Positions 1 to 11,263 of a DNA stretch of 64,000 bases are shown here, in pieces. Under the pieces are notes generated by a model. That model was not told the DNA's origin, ran no database searches, and was given only the letters and a program-made list of their open reading frames with translations. A program made the translations under genes and the position numbers. The first letter of the stretch is position 1. Each line of letters opens with the position of its first letter. Source of the stretch: Macrostomum lignano (Eukaryota); contig NIVC01000521.1 of the NCBI GenBank assembly GCA_002269645.1, forward strand, positions 399,876 through 463,875, in the 5' to 3' direction.

Positions 1-402
1 CCTACTCAAGGCTTGCACCATCTCTGGTGAGCCTTTCACGTAGGCAGTAAAATGATCGGCGCCAAGTCGTCTGGCCACTACAGACATTCGCTGCAGGCTG
101 GAGCTAAACGGAAACTGACGGATGATGCCCAGCTGGTAGGGCAGCCGGTCAGGATCGATGCTGTCAATGTTGTCCACCGGTTCGGAGCCGGGCGGCCGGA
201 CAACTGTGGACACCAGCTGGTCGAATTTGCGATAGTCATCCTGCTCGGGCTCCTCCAGTACCCAACGGGTGCCTTGAAACATTTTCAAGTCCAGAGGATC
301 GCCGGATAGTTCGCCGCGTATTCTGGTGAGGGTGTGGCACACGGCCATGGCCTCCAGCAGAGGGGATGGAGACGGCAGACTGTGCGGCTCCGGGTTGGGG
401 CT
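1..402 (-). CDS. ATP13A3: ATP13A exon 10 (N domain), continues beyond window start
   Basis: Acceptor ccgccgcag at 403-404; [42 protein letters not shown]...[38 protein letters not shown]. Confidence 0.93.
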
Positions 403-3400
403 CTGCGGCGGCCAAGGGGTGAGGGAGATACGACAGATGTGATTGAGATCGTGGAGATGAAGGATAAGGGAGGTAGAGAAGTGAGAGGAGTGAGAGGAAA
501 AGTAAGAGGACATAAAATGGGGAGAGAGAGAAGAGACAGAACACACACTAGAGGCAGACACTGATAGAGAGAACAGACTGAAGGGATAGACCCTAATAGA
601 GAGGATAAACACTGAATGGAGAGACAGACAGGCAGACAGACAGACGGACAAGACAGACAAATAGACAGATACTAAGACAGACAAAAATGTATACAGACAG
701 ACAGACAGACAGGCGGGCAGACACTAAGACAGACAGACAGACAGATACAGACACACGCAGACAGACAGACAGACAGACAGACAGACACAGACACTAAGGC
801 AGACAGACAGACAATAGAGGACAAAACAAGCAGTCCTCACCTGGAATCTCCGCTCCTCAACGGGGACAACACCCCACAAGTCCAAGCCGTCCTCAGTCAG
901 GGTGCCAGTCTTGTCGAAGCACACGGCATTGAGGCCGCCAGAGATATTAATAGTATTCGGAGCGATGCAGAATATGTTAGCCTTGCGCAGTCGAGTCTGG
1001 GCAAACACAATGCCTACTGTCATAGCGGCTGGCAGAGCTGGCGGTACTATAATAGTGATCAGATCCAGCGCCCTGAGCATGATCTTTCCCACGGGATAAT
1101 CCCTGTGCAGCATGAGCACTATAGTATAGATGAACCCGGCCAAAGCGAACAGGCTGAGCACAATCAGATAATGCACAATGTCCTTATTGAATTTGAACTC
1201 AATCGGCTTAGGGAACAGAATCGATCTGACCATTTCGCCTTTGGCTGTGGCAAATCCTGTCCGAAGAACCACAGCGCGAACTCGGCCACTTTCTACGAAA
1301 CGCGTCTGAATGACGTGAGTGCCGCAGAACAGCACGTTCTTGTTGTGATCGCGGGTGCTGATGGGCCCGGACTCGGCCGCGCTCAGCGGAGTCTTCAGCA
1401 CCGGGACACTCTCGCCAGTGAGCATGCTCTCGTTCACGATGCAGTTGCCGGAGACCAGCACAGCGTCGCACTGCATCACGCAGCCGCCTTTGGGAATCTC
1501 GATTACATCTCCGGGTACGAGCAGGTCCGAGTTGATGGATACGTAGTCTGCGGGGATAGGGCTTGCGTTGCTATAATCTGCTACTGAATCTGCCTCTCCG
1601 CCTACAATCTGCTACTGAATCTGCCTCCCCGCCTACAATCTGCTACTGAATCTGCCTCCCCGCCTACAATCTGCTACTGAATCTGCCTCTCCGCTTGCAA
1701 TCTGCTACTGAATCTGCCTCCCCGCCTACAATCTGCTACTGAATCTGCCATTCCGCCTACAATCTGCTACTGAATCAGTGAATCTGCCTCTCCGCCTACA
1801 ATCTGCTACTGAATCTGCCTCTTCCGCCTACAATCTGCTACTGAATCTGCCTCTCCACTCACAATCTGCTACTGAATCTGCCTCTCCGCTCACAATCTGC
1901 TACTGAATCTGCCTCTCCGCTTGCAATCTGCTACTGAATCTGCCTCTCCGCTTGCAATCTGCTACTGAATCTGCCTCTCCGCTCCCCTACTTATTACAAT
2001 GAATCCTTCTTTCCGTCACACACAAGCCTAACTGCCTGAAAATGTTTTAAAAAGCATCTGGATCTGGGTCTTTCATTATTAAACATCCAATGAACTAGAC
2101 AAAGTGCAAGCCGCAGACTCTTTAATAAAAAATTGAACAGACAGTCCACTGCTTACTGTCTAAACCGCGGGCAACGCAGATCTCATTAGATGATACCAAC
2201 GTTTTGCGAAGATTGCGCTCGTTCTGCAAAATAAAGAGCCGAAAGGGTAAAAGACTGTATTGAGACACTGTAATACATTTGAGCCTTGGAAAGATTGCTA
2301 AAGCTTTGCTGATAACAGCTTTATCAGATAGTCACTTCTGATCAGCTGGCGAGTGGCTGCCTGAGGCTCGCTAATAACTTAAAACTTATATAACTAAGCA
2401 AATGTTTAACTTGCGCCAATAGCCTATATGACAGCAATGTATCGTTCTCTTGCGTCAGCAGGGCTTCCATTTAACTAATATTATACACTTGCGTTTGCAA
2501 TAACATACATTGTGCTCCGCTACGAGTATTCACTCTTCACTCTCCCAGTGAATAAGACACTCTCAGCCCCGTCTCATTCACTCTCAGCCCTGTCTCATTC
2601 ACTCTCAGCCCTGTCTCATTCACTCTCAGCCCTGTCTCATTTACTCTCACCTCCGTCTCATTCACTCTCACCTCCGTCTCATTCACTCTCAGCCCTGTCT
2701 CATTCACTCTCACCTCCGTCTCATTCACTCTCATCCCCGTCTCATTCACTCTCATCCCCGTCTCCTACACTCTCAGCCCCGTCTCATTCACTCTCAGCCG
2801 TCTCATTCACTCTCAGCCGTCTCATTCACTCTCAGCCATGTCTCATTCACTCTCAGCCCCGTCTCATTCACTCTCAGCCGTCTCATTCACTCTCACCTTC
2901 GTCTCATTAAGTCTCAGCCCCGCCTCATTCACTCTCACCTCCGTCTCATTAAGTCTCAGCCCTGTCTCATGCACTCTCAGCCCTGTCTCATTCACTCTCA
3001 CACCCGTCTCATTAATTTTCAGCCGTCTTATTCACTCTCACCTCCGTCTTATTCACTCTCACCTCCGTCTTATTCACTCTCAGCCGTCTCATTCACTCTC
3101 ACCTCCGTCTCATTAAGTCTCAGCCCCGTCTCATTCACTCTCACCTCCGTCTCATTAAGTCTCAGCCCTGTCTCATGCACTCTCAGCCCTGTCTCATTCA
3201 CTCTCACACCCGTCTCATTAATTTTCAGCCGTCTTATTCACTTTCACCTCCGTCTTATTCACTCTCAGCCCATCTCATTCACTCACCGCCCTGTCTATTA
3301 AAAGTACAAACCTAAAAGTACACAAACTAAAGAAGACGCGGTAACCTAATCCTGCTCAATAGAATTCATTAAATTCGATACCATGATAGACAACAGCCCC

Positions 3401-6400
3401 AGCCAGATCAATGCCTAATTAGCAAGCATTATATGAATGCAAATAAAGATTTCCTCACCCTAGCGGTCTCAAACACGGACAGAGACAGGGACAGCAGAGA
3501 GATGACCACAATGCAAGACGCGTACATCTCGTATTCATCGTTAAACCATAGGATAACGCTGAACAATTGAAACAGATAAAACGGATGCAAGGCCTGCAAT
3601 TTGTTTAAGGATGATTATCGCTTAAAAATCGCTTATATCCCCGAAAAGTTGGCAAAAACCAAGCAACTGGTGCTAACCTTGACGGCGAACAGTTTAGGTA
3701 TGGGGGTGAGCGGGATATTGACTCGATTCTCGCCGAATCTGACCCGGTGCCTGGCCGCGTCCGACTCCGTGAGGCCGGCCGTGTGGTGGAAGAACGAGCA
3801 GGGCGTGTCCACGAATACTCTGCGGGAGGGGGGTCAAGGGGTCATGCAATGTGAGGAGTGGACCTGAGCTGCTAGGTAGGCGTCCGAGGCGTCTGTAGGT
3901 TAGGCGGTGCAGCAACTGAGGATCTGGGAGGCTGGATCAGCAACTGGGGATCTGGGAGGCTGGCTTAGCAACTGAGGATCTGGGAGGCTGGATCAGCAAC
4001 TGAGGATCTGGAAGGCTGGTCCAGCAACTGAGGATCTGGGAGGCTGGCTTAGCAACTGAGGATCTGGGAGGCTGGCCCAGCAACTGAGGATCTGGGAGGC
4101 TGGATCAGCAACTGGGGATCTGGGAGGCTGGCTTAGCAACTGAGGATCTGGGATCTGGGAGGCTGGCCAGCAACTGAGGATCTGGGAGGCTGGCTTAGCA
4201 ACTGAGGATCTGGGAGGCTGGCCCAGCAACTGAGGATCTGGGAAGCTGGCCCAGCAACTGAGGATCTGGAAGAGAGGCTGGCCCAGCAACTGGGATCCCC
4301 AGCAACTGAGGATCTGAAAGAGTGGCACAGCAACTGAGGATCTGAAAGAGTGGCACAGCAACTGAGGATCTGAAAGAGTGGCACAGCAACTGAGGATCTG
4401 GAACGCTGGCCTAGCAACTGAGGATCTGGGAGGCTGGCCTAGCAACTGAGGATCTGGAACGCTGGCCCAGCAACTAAGGATCTGGGAGGCTACCAGTAAC
4501 CCAGAAACTGAGGATCTGGAGGGCGCCAATAGAAAGTACAACTCACTCAATCTTAACGAACAGCTGCTGGTCAGAGTTCCACACGTATTTGAGCTTCTTA
4601 TGAAAGAAGTAACGCGTCAGCGAGTCCTCCTGAGTAGGCAAATTCATCAGATCATCAGAGTTACTAGATGTAGACAGATAAGAATTAATTTTGTTTATCA
4701 TTGCTAATTTTGTTATGACATTGTAAGAGCTACAAAGTCTGGGATATGTACGGCTAGCTGCATCGATGAATTCTATAAAGCAAGAAACTCAGAAGACGCC
4801 AGACATCTTACACTGAACGGGTCCAGCAGGGGGGTGGCACTGCCGGTAGTTTCGTCGGTGGCGTGCTCATCGGGCAGGCACTGGTTGAGGCCGGCCCGAC
4901 TGCGCCTCAAAAGGCGGACCCTGCAGTGAGGCCGATTTTTAATTGGTGTTCAGCTTCACTAATTTACTGAGATTATAAGAGGAAGAGGAGAGGAGAGAGA
5001 AGAGGAGAGAGGAAGGAGAAGAGTAGAGAAGGAGAGGAAGAGGAGAGGAGAGGAGGAGAGGAGAGGAGAGGAGAGGAGAGAGGAGAGGAGAGAGAGGAGA
5101 GGAGAGGAGAAGGAGAGGAGAGGAGAGGAGAGGAGAGGAGAGGAGAGGAGAGGAGAGGAGAGGAGAGGAGAGGAGAGGAGAGGAGAGGAGAGGAGAGGAG
5201 AGAGAGGAGAGGAGAGAGGAGAGGAGAGGAGAGAGGAGAGGAGAGGAGAGGAGAGGAGAGGAGAGGAGAGGAGAGGAGAGAGAAGAGAGGAGAGAGGAGA
5301 GGGGGAGAGGAGAGGGGAGGAGAGGAGAGGAGAGGAGAGAGAAGAAAGAAGAGGAGAGAGGAGAGGGGAAGGAGAAGGGAGAGGAGAGAAGGGGGCTTTT
5401 TTGGCTATTTTGGTTATAGTGGAATTGAATCTATATTTTTGATACTAATTTACTACGCAATCATAACTATATTTATTACTAAAAAAACAAAATGCATTTG
5501 ATAACAAATAGTAGCACCGGTACTTGGTGCTTTCTCCAGCTGTGATTAAACACATACACAATCTATTCAGTACAAGCTTACACACATAGGGGCGCAAGCC
5601 TTCACTAAGCGTGAGAATTGAACAGCTAGAAAAAATTGAGTCAGTCAGCTCCTGAGTTTTTATGGATACAATAATGGGAATTGAGCCAGATTTTAAACTG
5701 CCCGAGAATAGCCTAAATCTATTTTGCATGCATACAATCAAGGAGAATTTAAAAAAGACTCGTGCTGAAGCGGTGGCAATGTGTACTTGATTGCAGGGTG
5801 ACAGAAGCCAGTTATAACTGGTATGAATTGTCACAGTAATGCTAGGATCTAGTATGATCCTTTGTAGAAAATTTAAATCAGATTAATCGTACACTAAATT
5901 AATTAAAGGCCTTACCTTGCTCCGCTCTTTGTCATCATTTGAACATCGTGAACAAAGAGCTGGCCATACTGGTCCTAAAATGTTGGGGAAAAAGTTAAAT
6001 AATTCGTCAGAGGAATCCCAGTCAGTGAAATCCCATCCAGAGGAATCCCAATCAGGGAAATCCGACCCAGAGGAATCCCAATCAGGGAAATCCCACCCAG
6101 AGGAATCCCAATCAGGGAAATCCGACCCAGAGGAATCCCAATCAGGGAAATCCCACCCAGAGGAATCCCAATCAGGGAAATCCCACCCAGAGGAATCCCA
6201 ATCAGGGAAATCCCACCCAGAGGAATCCCAGTCAGGGAAATCCCACCCAGAGGAATCCCAGTCAGTGAAATCCCACCCAGAGGAATCCCAATCAGGGAAA
6301 TCCCATCCAGAGGAATCCCAATCAGGGAAATCCCACCCAGAGGAATCCCAATCAGGGAAATCCCACCCAGAGGAATCCTAATCAGTGAAATCCCACCCAG

Positions 6401-7832
6401 AGGAATCCCAATCAGGGAAATCCCATCCAGAGGAATCCCAATCAGGGAAATCCCACCCAGAGGAATCCCAATCAGGGAAATCCCATCCAGAGGAATCCCA
6501 ATCAGGGAAATCCCACCCAGAGGAATCCCAATCAGGGAAATCCCATCCAGAGGAATCCCAATCAGGGAAATCCCACCCAGAGGAATCCCAATCAGGGAAA
6601 TCCCACCCAGAGGAATCCCAATCAGTGAAATCCCATCCAGAGGAATCCCAATCAGTGAAATCCCAACCAGAGGAATCCCAATCAGTGAAATCCCACCCAG
6701 AGGAATCCCAATCAGTGAAATCCCAACCAGAGGAATCCCAGTCAGTCAAAAAGGAACCAATATTAAGCTAAATGAACAGAAGATTAAGATTTGATATACC
6801 AAAGACAAGGTTTATTTAGATTTTCATTATTATATTATTATTAAGATCAATACCGGTTAGAAAACAAAAAATAAATACTCGCCTTGACAACAACTTTATC
6901 GGCCAGATCAAGGCTGCACCTGTCGTGAGTGCATCGTACGTGCAGCTCGGGCAGCCAGTGGAACAACAAGCGCAGCAGGAACGCACTAGTAACATAGCCA
7001 ATATAGACCAAAACAATTTTTGCTGGGTTTCGACGGTAGCCCAAAATTCTCTGCATTATAAAGCGGTTATTAGAAAACAGTTAATAACCAAAAAAGAGAA
7101 AAACTGTTTCTGCTACATTAGTAAATATTAAGAAATGATGTTTAATAAATAGGCAAAGAAATTCTTGGCATTGGTAACTGTACAGAGAATTTGTGCAGTC
7201 ACTTGTGTAATGATGGATCTAGATTGGAGGTCAATTGACCCCGCTTCAGCCAGTCACTACTGACATGATCTAGATTGGAGGTCAATTGACCCCACTTCAG
7301 CCAGTCACTACTGACATGATCTAGATTGGAGGTCAACTGACCCCCCTTGAGCCAGTCACTACTGACATGATCTAGATTGGAAGTCAACTGACCCCCCTTG
7401 AGCCAGTCACTAATGACGGATCTAGATTGGAGGTCAACAGACCCCCCTTGAGCCAGTCACTAATGACGGATCTAGATTGGAGGTCAACAGACCCCCCTTG
7501 AGCCGGTCACTAGTGACCAGAGCTAGATCCAAAGGAAGTTTCAAAAGGGTCAAGGGGTCAGCTATCCCCCCTCATAACCAAGGAAAAATTCCGGATTTGC
7601 AACTCCACCTGGCACATTGTGATAGGGTTTACAAGTCAATAATTCACTAGAGAGCTTGACACCAACTCTTGGCTTATTTTGTATCTATGAATCTAGCTAT
7701 AAAAAACTTAAATACTTATGCCACACTTACAGATTCATCGTCCTGGCCCTGGTTGAGTATCTCGGCCAGTTCAATGTCCTCCGCGTCATGGCGGATGCTG
7801 CCTACGCCATTCTCCACTTTTTTTAGTGTCAT
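1..7832 (-). CDS. ATP13A3: P5B-type ATPase (ATP13A2-5 family, polyamine/cation transporter), 3' partial; join(complement 7731..7832, 6883..7050, 5916..5974, 4812..4920, 4547..4629, 3678..3819, 3459..3593, 2157..2223, 841..1547, 1..402)
   Basis: Ten exons join in frame (1974 nt, 658 codons) with matching phases. Motifs: TGES (A domain), PPALP (P5B TM4), DKTGTLT (phospho-Asp), [21 protein letters not shown] and KGSPE. The symbol marks the family; the specific paralog cannot be assigned from sequence alone. Confidence 0.95.
622..812 (+). repeat. (AGAC)n microsatellite in ATP13A intron 9
   Basis: Direct reading of cagacagacagac runs with gacacta interruptions. Confidence 0.95.
841..1547 (-). CDS. 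ATP13A3: ATP13A exon 9 (A domain, TM3-4, phosphorylation site)
   Basis: Acceptor ccccgcag, donor GTGAGG; [40 protein letters not shown]. Confidence 0.97.
1575..1983 (+). repeat. 31-bp minisatellite AATCTGCTACTGAATCTGCCTCTCCGCCTAC, about 13 copies
   Basis: Direct reading; in ATP13A intron 8. Confidence 0.95.
2157..2223 (-). CDS. ATP13A3: ATP13A exon 8
   Basis: tttgcag|[22 protein letters not shown]|GTAAGC; phase 0 to 1 bridges exons 7 and 9. Confidence 0.88.
2560..3290 (+). repeat. about 21-bp minisatellite TCAGCCCCGTCTCATTCACTC
   Basis: Direct reading; 7-aa periodicity (SAPSHSL) in the spurious ORF; ATP13A intron 7. Confidence 0.95.
3459..3593 (-). CDS. ATP13A3: ATP13A exon 7 (TM1-TM2)
   Basis: [45 protein letters not shown]; attgcag acceptor, GTGAGG donor. 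Confidence 0.95.
3678..3819 (-). CDS. ATP13A3: ATP13A exon 6
   Basis: [47 protein letters not shown] (GL..R...FG.N motif of P-type ATPases); cccgcag / GTTAGC. Confidence 0.92.
3910..4519 (+). repeat. 28-bp minisatellite CAGCAACTGAGGATCTGGGAGGCTGGCC
   Basis: Direct reading; ATP13A intron 5; same unit recurs at 56640-57872. Confidence 0.96.
4547..4629 (-). CDS. ATP13A3: ATP13A exon 5
   Basis: [27 protein letters not shown] (P5 N-terminal RYF..KK.KY.W motif); actcag / GTGAGT. Confidence 0.92.
4812..4920 (-). CDS. ATP13A3: ATP13A exon 4
   Basis: [36 protein letters not shown]; ctgcag / GTAAGA; phases 2 to 0 fit neighbours. Confidence 0.82.
4979..5394 (+). repeat. (GGAGA)n polypurine microsatellite
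   Basis: Direct reading; ATP13A intron 3. Confidence 0.96.
5916..5974 (-). CDS. ATP13A3: ATP13A exon 3
   Basis: [19 protein letters not shown]; attttag / GTAAGG; phase 0 to 2. Confidence 0.85.
6008..6747 (+). repeat. 30-bp minisatellite CAGAGGAATCCCAATCAGGGAAATCCCACC, about 24 copies
   Basis: Direct reading; ATP13A intron 2. Confidence 0.97.
6883..7050 (-). CDS. ATP13A3: ATP13A exon 2 (membrane-associated N-terminal hairpin), GC donor
   Basis: [56 protein letters not shown]; acceptor atgcag, donor AAG|GCGAGT. Confidence 0.9.
7212..7520 (+). repeat. 50-51-bp tandem repeat, about 6 copies, abutting a MITE remnant at 7530-7610
   Basis: GATCTAGATTGG starts at 7216, 7267, 7318, 7369, 7419 and 7469. 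Confidence 0.92.
7731..7832 (-). CDS. ATP13A3: ATP13A first coding exon
   Basis: [34 protein letters not shown]|GTAAGT; LNQGQDDE resembles the N.G.EDE motif before the GY exon; in-frame TAA 8 codons upstream of the ATG. Confidence 0.85.
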
Positions 7833-10800
7833 ATCGGCAGCATAACAGGTTACTTAGGGCATTATTACCTGTGGGTAATGTTGAAAGTATAAAGAAAGTT
7901 TAACTTTTTTGATTTTGGAATCTAGCAATTTATAGCAGCAACAAAGCTTAAAGAATATAACCATAGCATCCTAGAGACCTACAAAGTTTGATCTCTATTC
8001 TTTGCATGCCAATGTTTTTATATTAAGAAAAGACAAATACCACCTAATCTCTACCACTAAATGTTGCCTAATACTGTTAAATATCTCTTAAACTGTTAAA
8101 GAAGAGCTTTGCTAGAAATCCTTATAAAACCCTTGTCTTTTAAATATTGTCTATTATTTAGAAGTAAAAAACTAGGTTTATAATTAAAAAAGTAAGTCTA
8201 ATTGATTCTTTTAATACTTTTAAGTACTATATTTACATTTTGTAAAGAAAAAATGACAAAATTTAGAATACTTTTAAGATTAAACCACTTTATTCTTATA
8301 ATAATTCTAATAATTTATATTATCATAGAGCCAAAAACTAAGACTTTCATTCTATTACATGCCTGCTATGATCCTGACTATGGTATAGCAAATTGGTTTT
8401 AATTGAAAAATTGCATTAATGCTAAAAGTAGTCTATTTATATAAATATTTTAATAATAATACTAATAGGGATGAATCCAAGAAAAGGGGGCCATGACCTT
8501 ACTGCAGTTATAGACAAAAATATTGCATTATACTTTCTTGTTTTGTAATTATGCAAGGTCTATTTTCCAATAATATTATTAGATTATAGTGTTTGGTATA
8601 GCTTGTTGGCACTTGTTATTTGCATGGTACTGTATAAATAATATGAGCCAAAAAAATGTTAAGCTATATAATAAATCACATCTAAACTCTATCTACTGAC
8701 TTTAGTTAATTAAAAAACTCATTATACAAAGAAAAGATCCAGGGATAAATATTCTGGTGTGCGGTCATTTTGTCTGCCGTCAGAGGAAACGACTTTTTAA
8801 GAAAAAAGTTAAGGTATAGCTTCATAGCTAGTAAAGCTAATTTTTTATATTTAAATACTGCGAGTTGTGCAAAAAAGATAAAGTGGAATGTCAGTTTTCT
8901 AAGCGTAATTTTGTTTATCACATTATTTCAAAGATTTATCAATTTTAAACATCCATTAAAAAAGAACTTTTATATAGGATGGAAGCTGCAATTACGAATA
9001 TTGAAGGTAGAGGCAGAGTTCATTGTTGAATACAATTGGCCAGCTGTTATAAGCATTGTTATGACCCCATCCAATGATGATGCATTTTCATTATGAACAA
9101 TTATTCAGCTTACAAAATTTATATAACAAACAAAAATTTAGTATACGTGTATATGGTGTATACTATGGGTCCCTTTGAGAAAATATTTTTTTAGATGCTT
9201 CTAACGTAATGAGTTTGTTATCTTCCCTATAAGAACTTTTAAGATATAGAGATATTTATCTTCAACATTATATGTACTGGCATTGTACTTAGTCTTAAGA
9301 AGACAAAAAGATTGCATTGTATTTTTGTAGACGAACTGGCGGCAGACGAAACAATGATAACCAATATTCTATAGTCCAGATCATGGCAGGCATACACTAG
9401 AATGAAAAAATGTTTTTTTCAATTTTACACTGATGTAAAATTAAAAAAATTTTACACCAAGCCCAAAATTGTTTATACACCACTTTTTTAAAGAATATAT
9501 ATTTTTAGGAATTTAAAAGTTTTACTCAACTTTAAAATGGCAGTTTTTGCTAAAAACTAATATTCTTTATTTTAATTTAGTTTATCTCGTGATTGCATTA
9601 ATATTTTTCTATTTTAGTTTCCAATTATTTTTAAAGAGCTTATTGATGTTGGTTGATAATAATATTTAACTACACAATTACATTAGCCTTGAACTTGACT
9701 ATTTTTGTATGCCAACTGTGTAGGCCTACACTTCATGTTGAACCTGAAAATTCTATACGCCAAGTGTAGGCAAAGATTGGCAGCAAGAGCAAAAATATGC
9801 CAGAAAATTCCTGCATAAAGGCCACATTTGGCTTTAGACTAGGCCTATGGTAAGTATTGAGTAGTTCCTAATATAAATAAGATAACTATTTATAAGGTAT
9901 TTTTCAGGTAGGCCTACTATGTAAATAACATGGGAAATATTTATATGGTGATGTGCAAATAACAACTGCCTAGCTTGCCCCCTCCCCCTAAAAAAATTTC
10001 TAGATCTGCCACTAATAAATATTGTATACAACTTATTTTTTATATAATTAACTTTAACATTATTAATATTATTAACATTATTAACATAATTAACATTAAC
10101 TTTATGAAAAAATACCATAAAAAATTTGTATCTTCAATTGAAATTTAAATACTTATTAGAACCAAAATAAATACTCTAGTCTATTCTATGCTGTTTATCA
10201 GAAAAAGACAAAATTGACTAAGACAAACTTGACTTTGTAAAAATTACATGATCCATAACTATATCTTCTCTCATAACACACAGAGCTACAAATAATTGTT
10301 TTAAATTAAATAACAAGAATTTAAGCCATATAAAGCAGTTTCACTTTTTAGGTCTACCTATTTTACTAAATCAATAGTACCCTACACTGACTGTAATTAT
10401 TTGTTTGTGCCACAAATGTCTGCTGTTGTTGTTAGGCTAATGCAGATTTTTTTGCCTTAATAACATTTCAATGTATTAAAAAACAAAGAACGAACCATTT
10501 GGTTTAAAATATTGATTTTGTAAACTTACAGCGAAAAATATTGGCGGTAAATATTAAACGACTGAATCATATTGGTGTTCGCTGGAAAAAATCGATGATG
10601 AGTCACGCGAGGAATTTTAACTGTTGCACTTCGCAGTTTAAATCCTAAGGTGTGTGCAAGAAAACACGATTTAACGAGCCCTTTATATTGCTTATACAGA
10701 GTAAAGAACATGTATACTTTTAGTATTTTTACTGTTTTTGTTTGCTAGCGAGTCTTTTTATTAGCATTTATGATAAAAATTCATATTGCTTTGTTAAAAT

Positions 10801-10891
10801 AGTAAAAAATACTTATAAAGTTTATGAAAACCGTTCAAATTCAAGACTAAAGCTTGTTCAGTTGGAGCAGCTATGTTAAATGTACACTCTT

Positions 10892-11263
10892 CAGTGGCGT
10901 AGCCAGGGGGCCAGGGGGCCGGGGGGCCGCAGCCCCCCCCAATCGCCTGGGGGGGGGGTGGGTTGGGCGCGGCGGGTACCAAAAACAATGAGGCAATTAT
11001 TGAGTGCCTGCGGCGCTAAAATGAGTGCCTGCGGCGCTAAAATGAGTGCCTGCGGCACCAAAATGAGTGTCTGCGGCGCCAAAATGAGTGCCTGCGACGC
11101 GAAAATGAGCTAGTGCCTGCGGCGCCAAAATGAGTGCCTGCGGTGCCAAAATATCTGAGGCGCCAAAATGAGTGCCGTGGCGCCAAAAGTGGCAATGGCA
11201 TAAGGCATGGCGCCAGCCAGGCCAACTCGGCCCCCCCAATTGAAATTCCTGGCTACGCCACTG
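10892..11263. mobile_element. hAT-type MITE (372 bp) with an internal 21-bp tandem repeat
   Basis: 16-bp TIR CAGTGGCGTAGCCAGG at both ends; perfect 8-bp TSD ACACTCTT (10884-10891 and 11264-11271); 8-bp TSD is characteristic of hAT. Confidence 0.92.

Noticed and set aside
5917-6771. Repetitive [10 protein letters not shown] ORFs as a secreted or structural protein gene
   Set aside because: Antisense within an ATP13A intron, broken by a TAA, with no signal peptide; fully explained by a 30-bp array.
8760-9365. Short inverted repeats (GTCATTTTGTCTGCCGTCAG / CTGGCGGCAGACGAAACAATGA) as an old transposon
   Set aside because: Only about 20 bp with mismatches, no TSD and no transposase motif.
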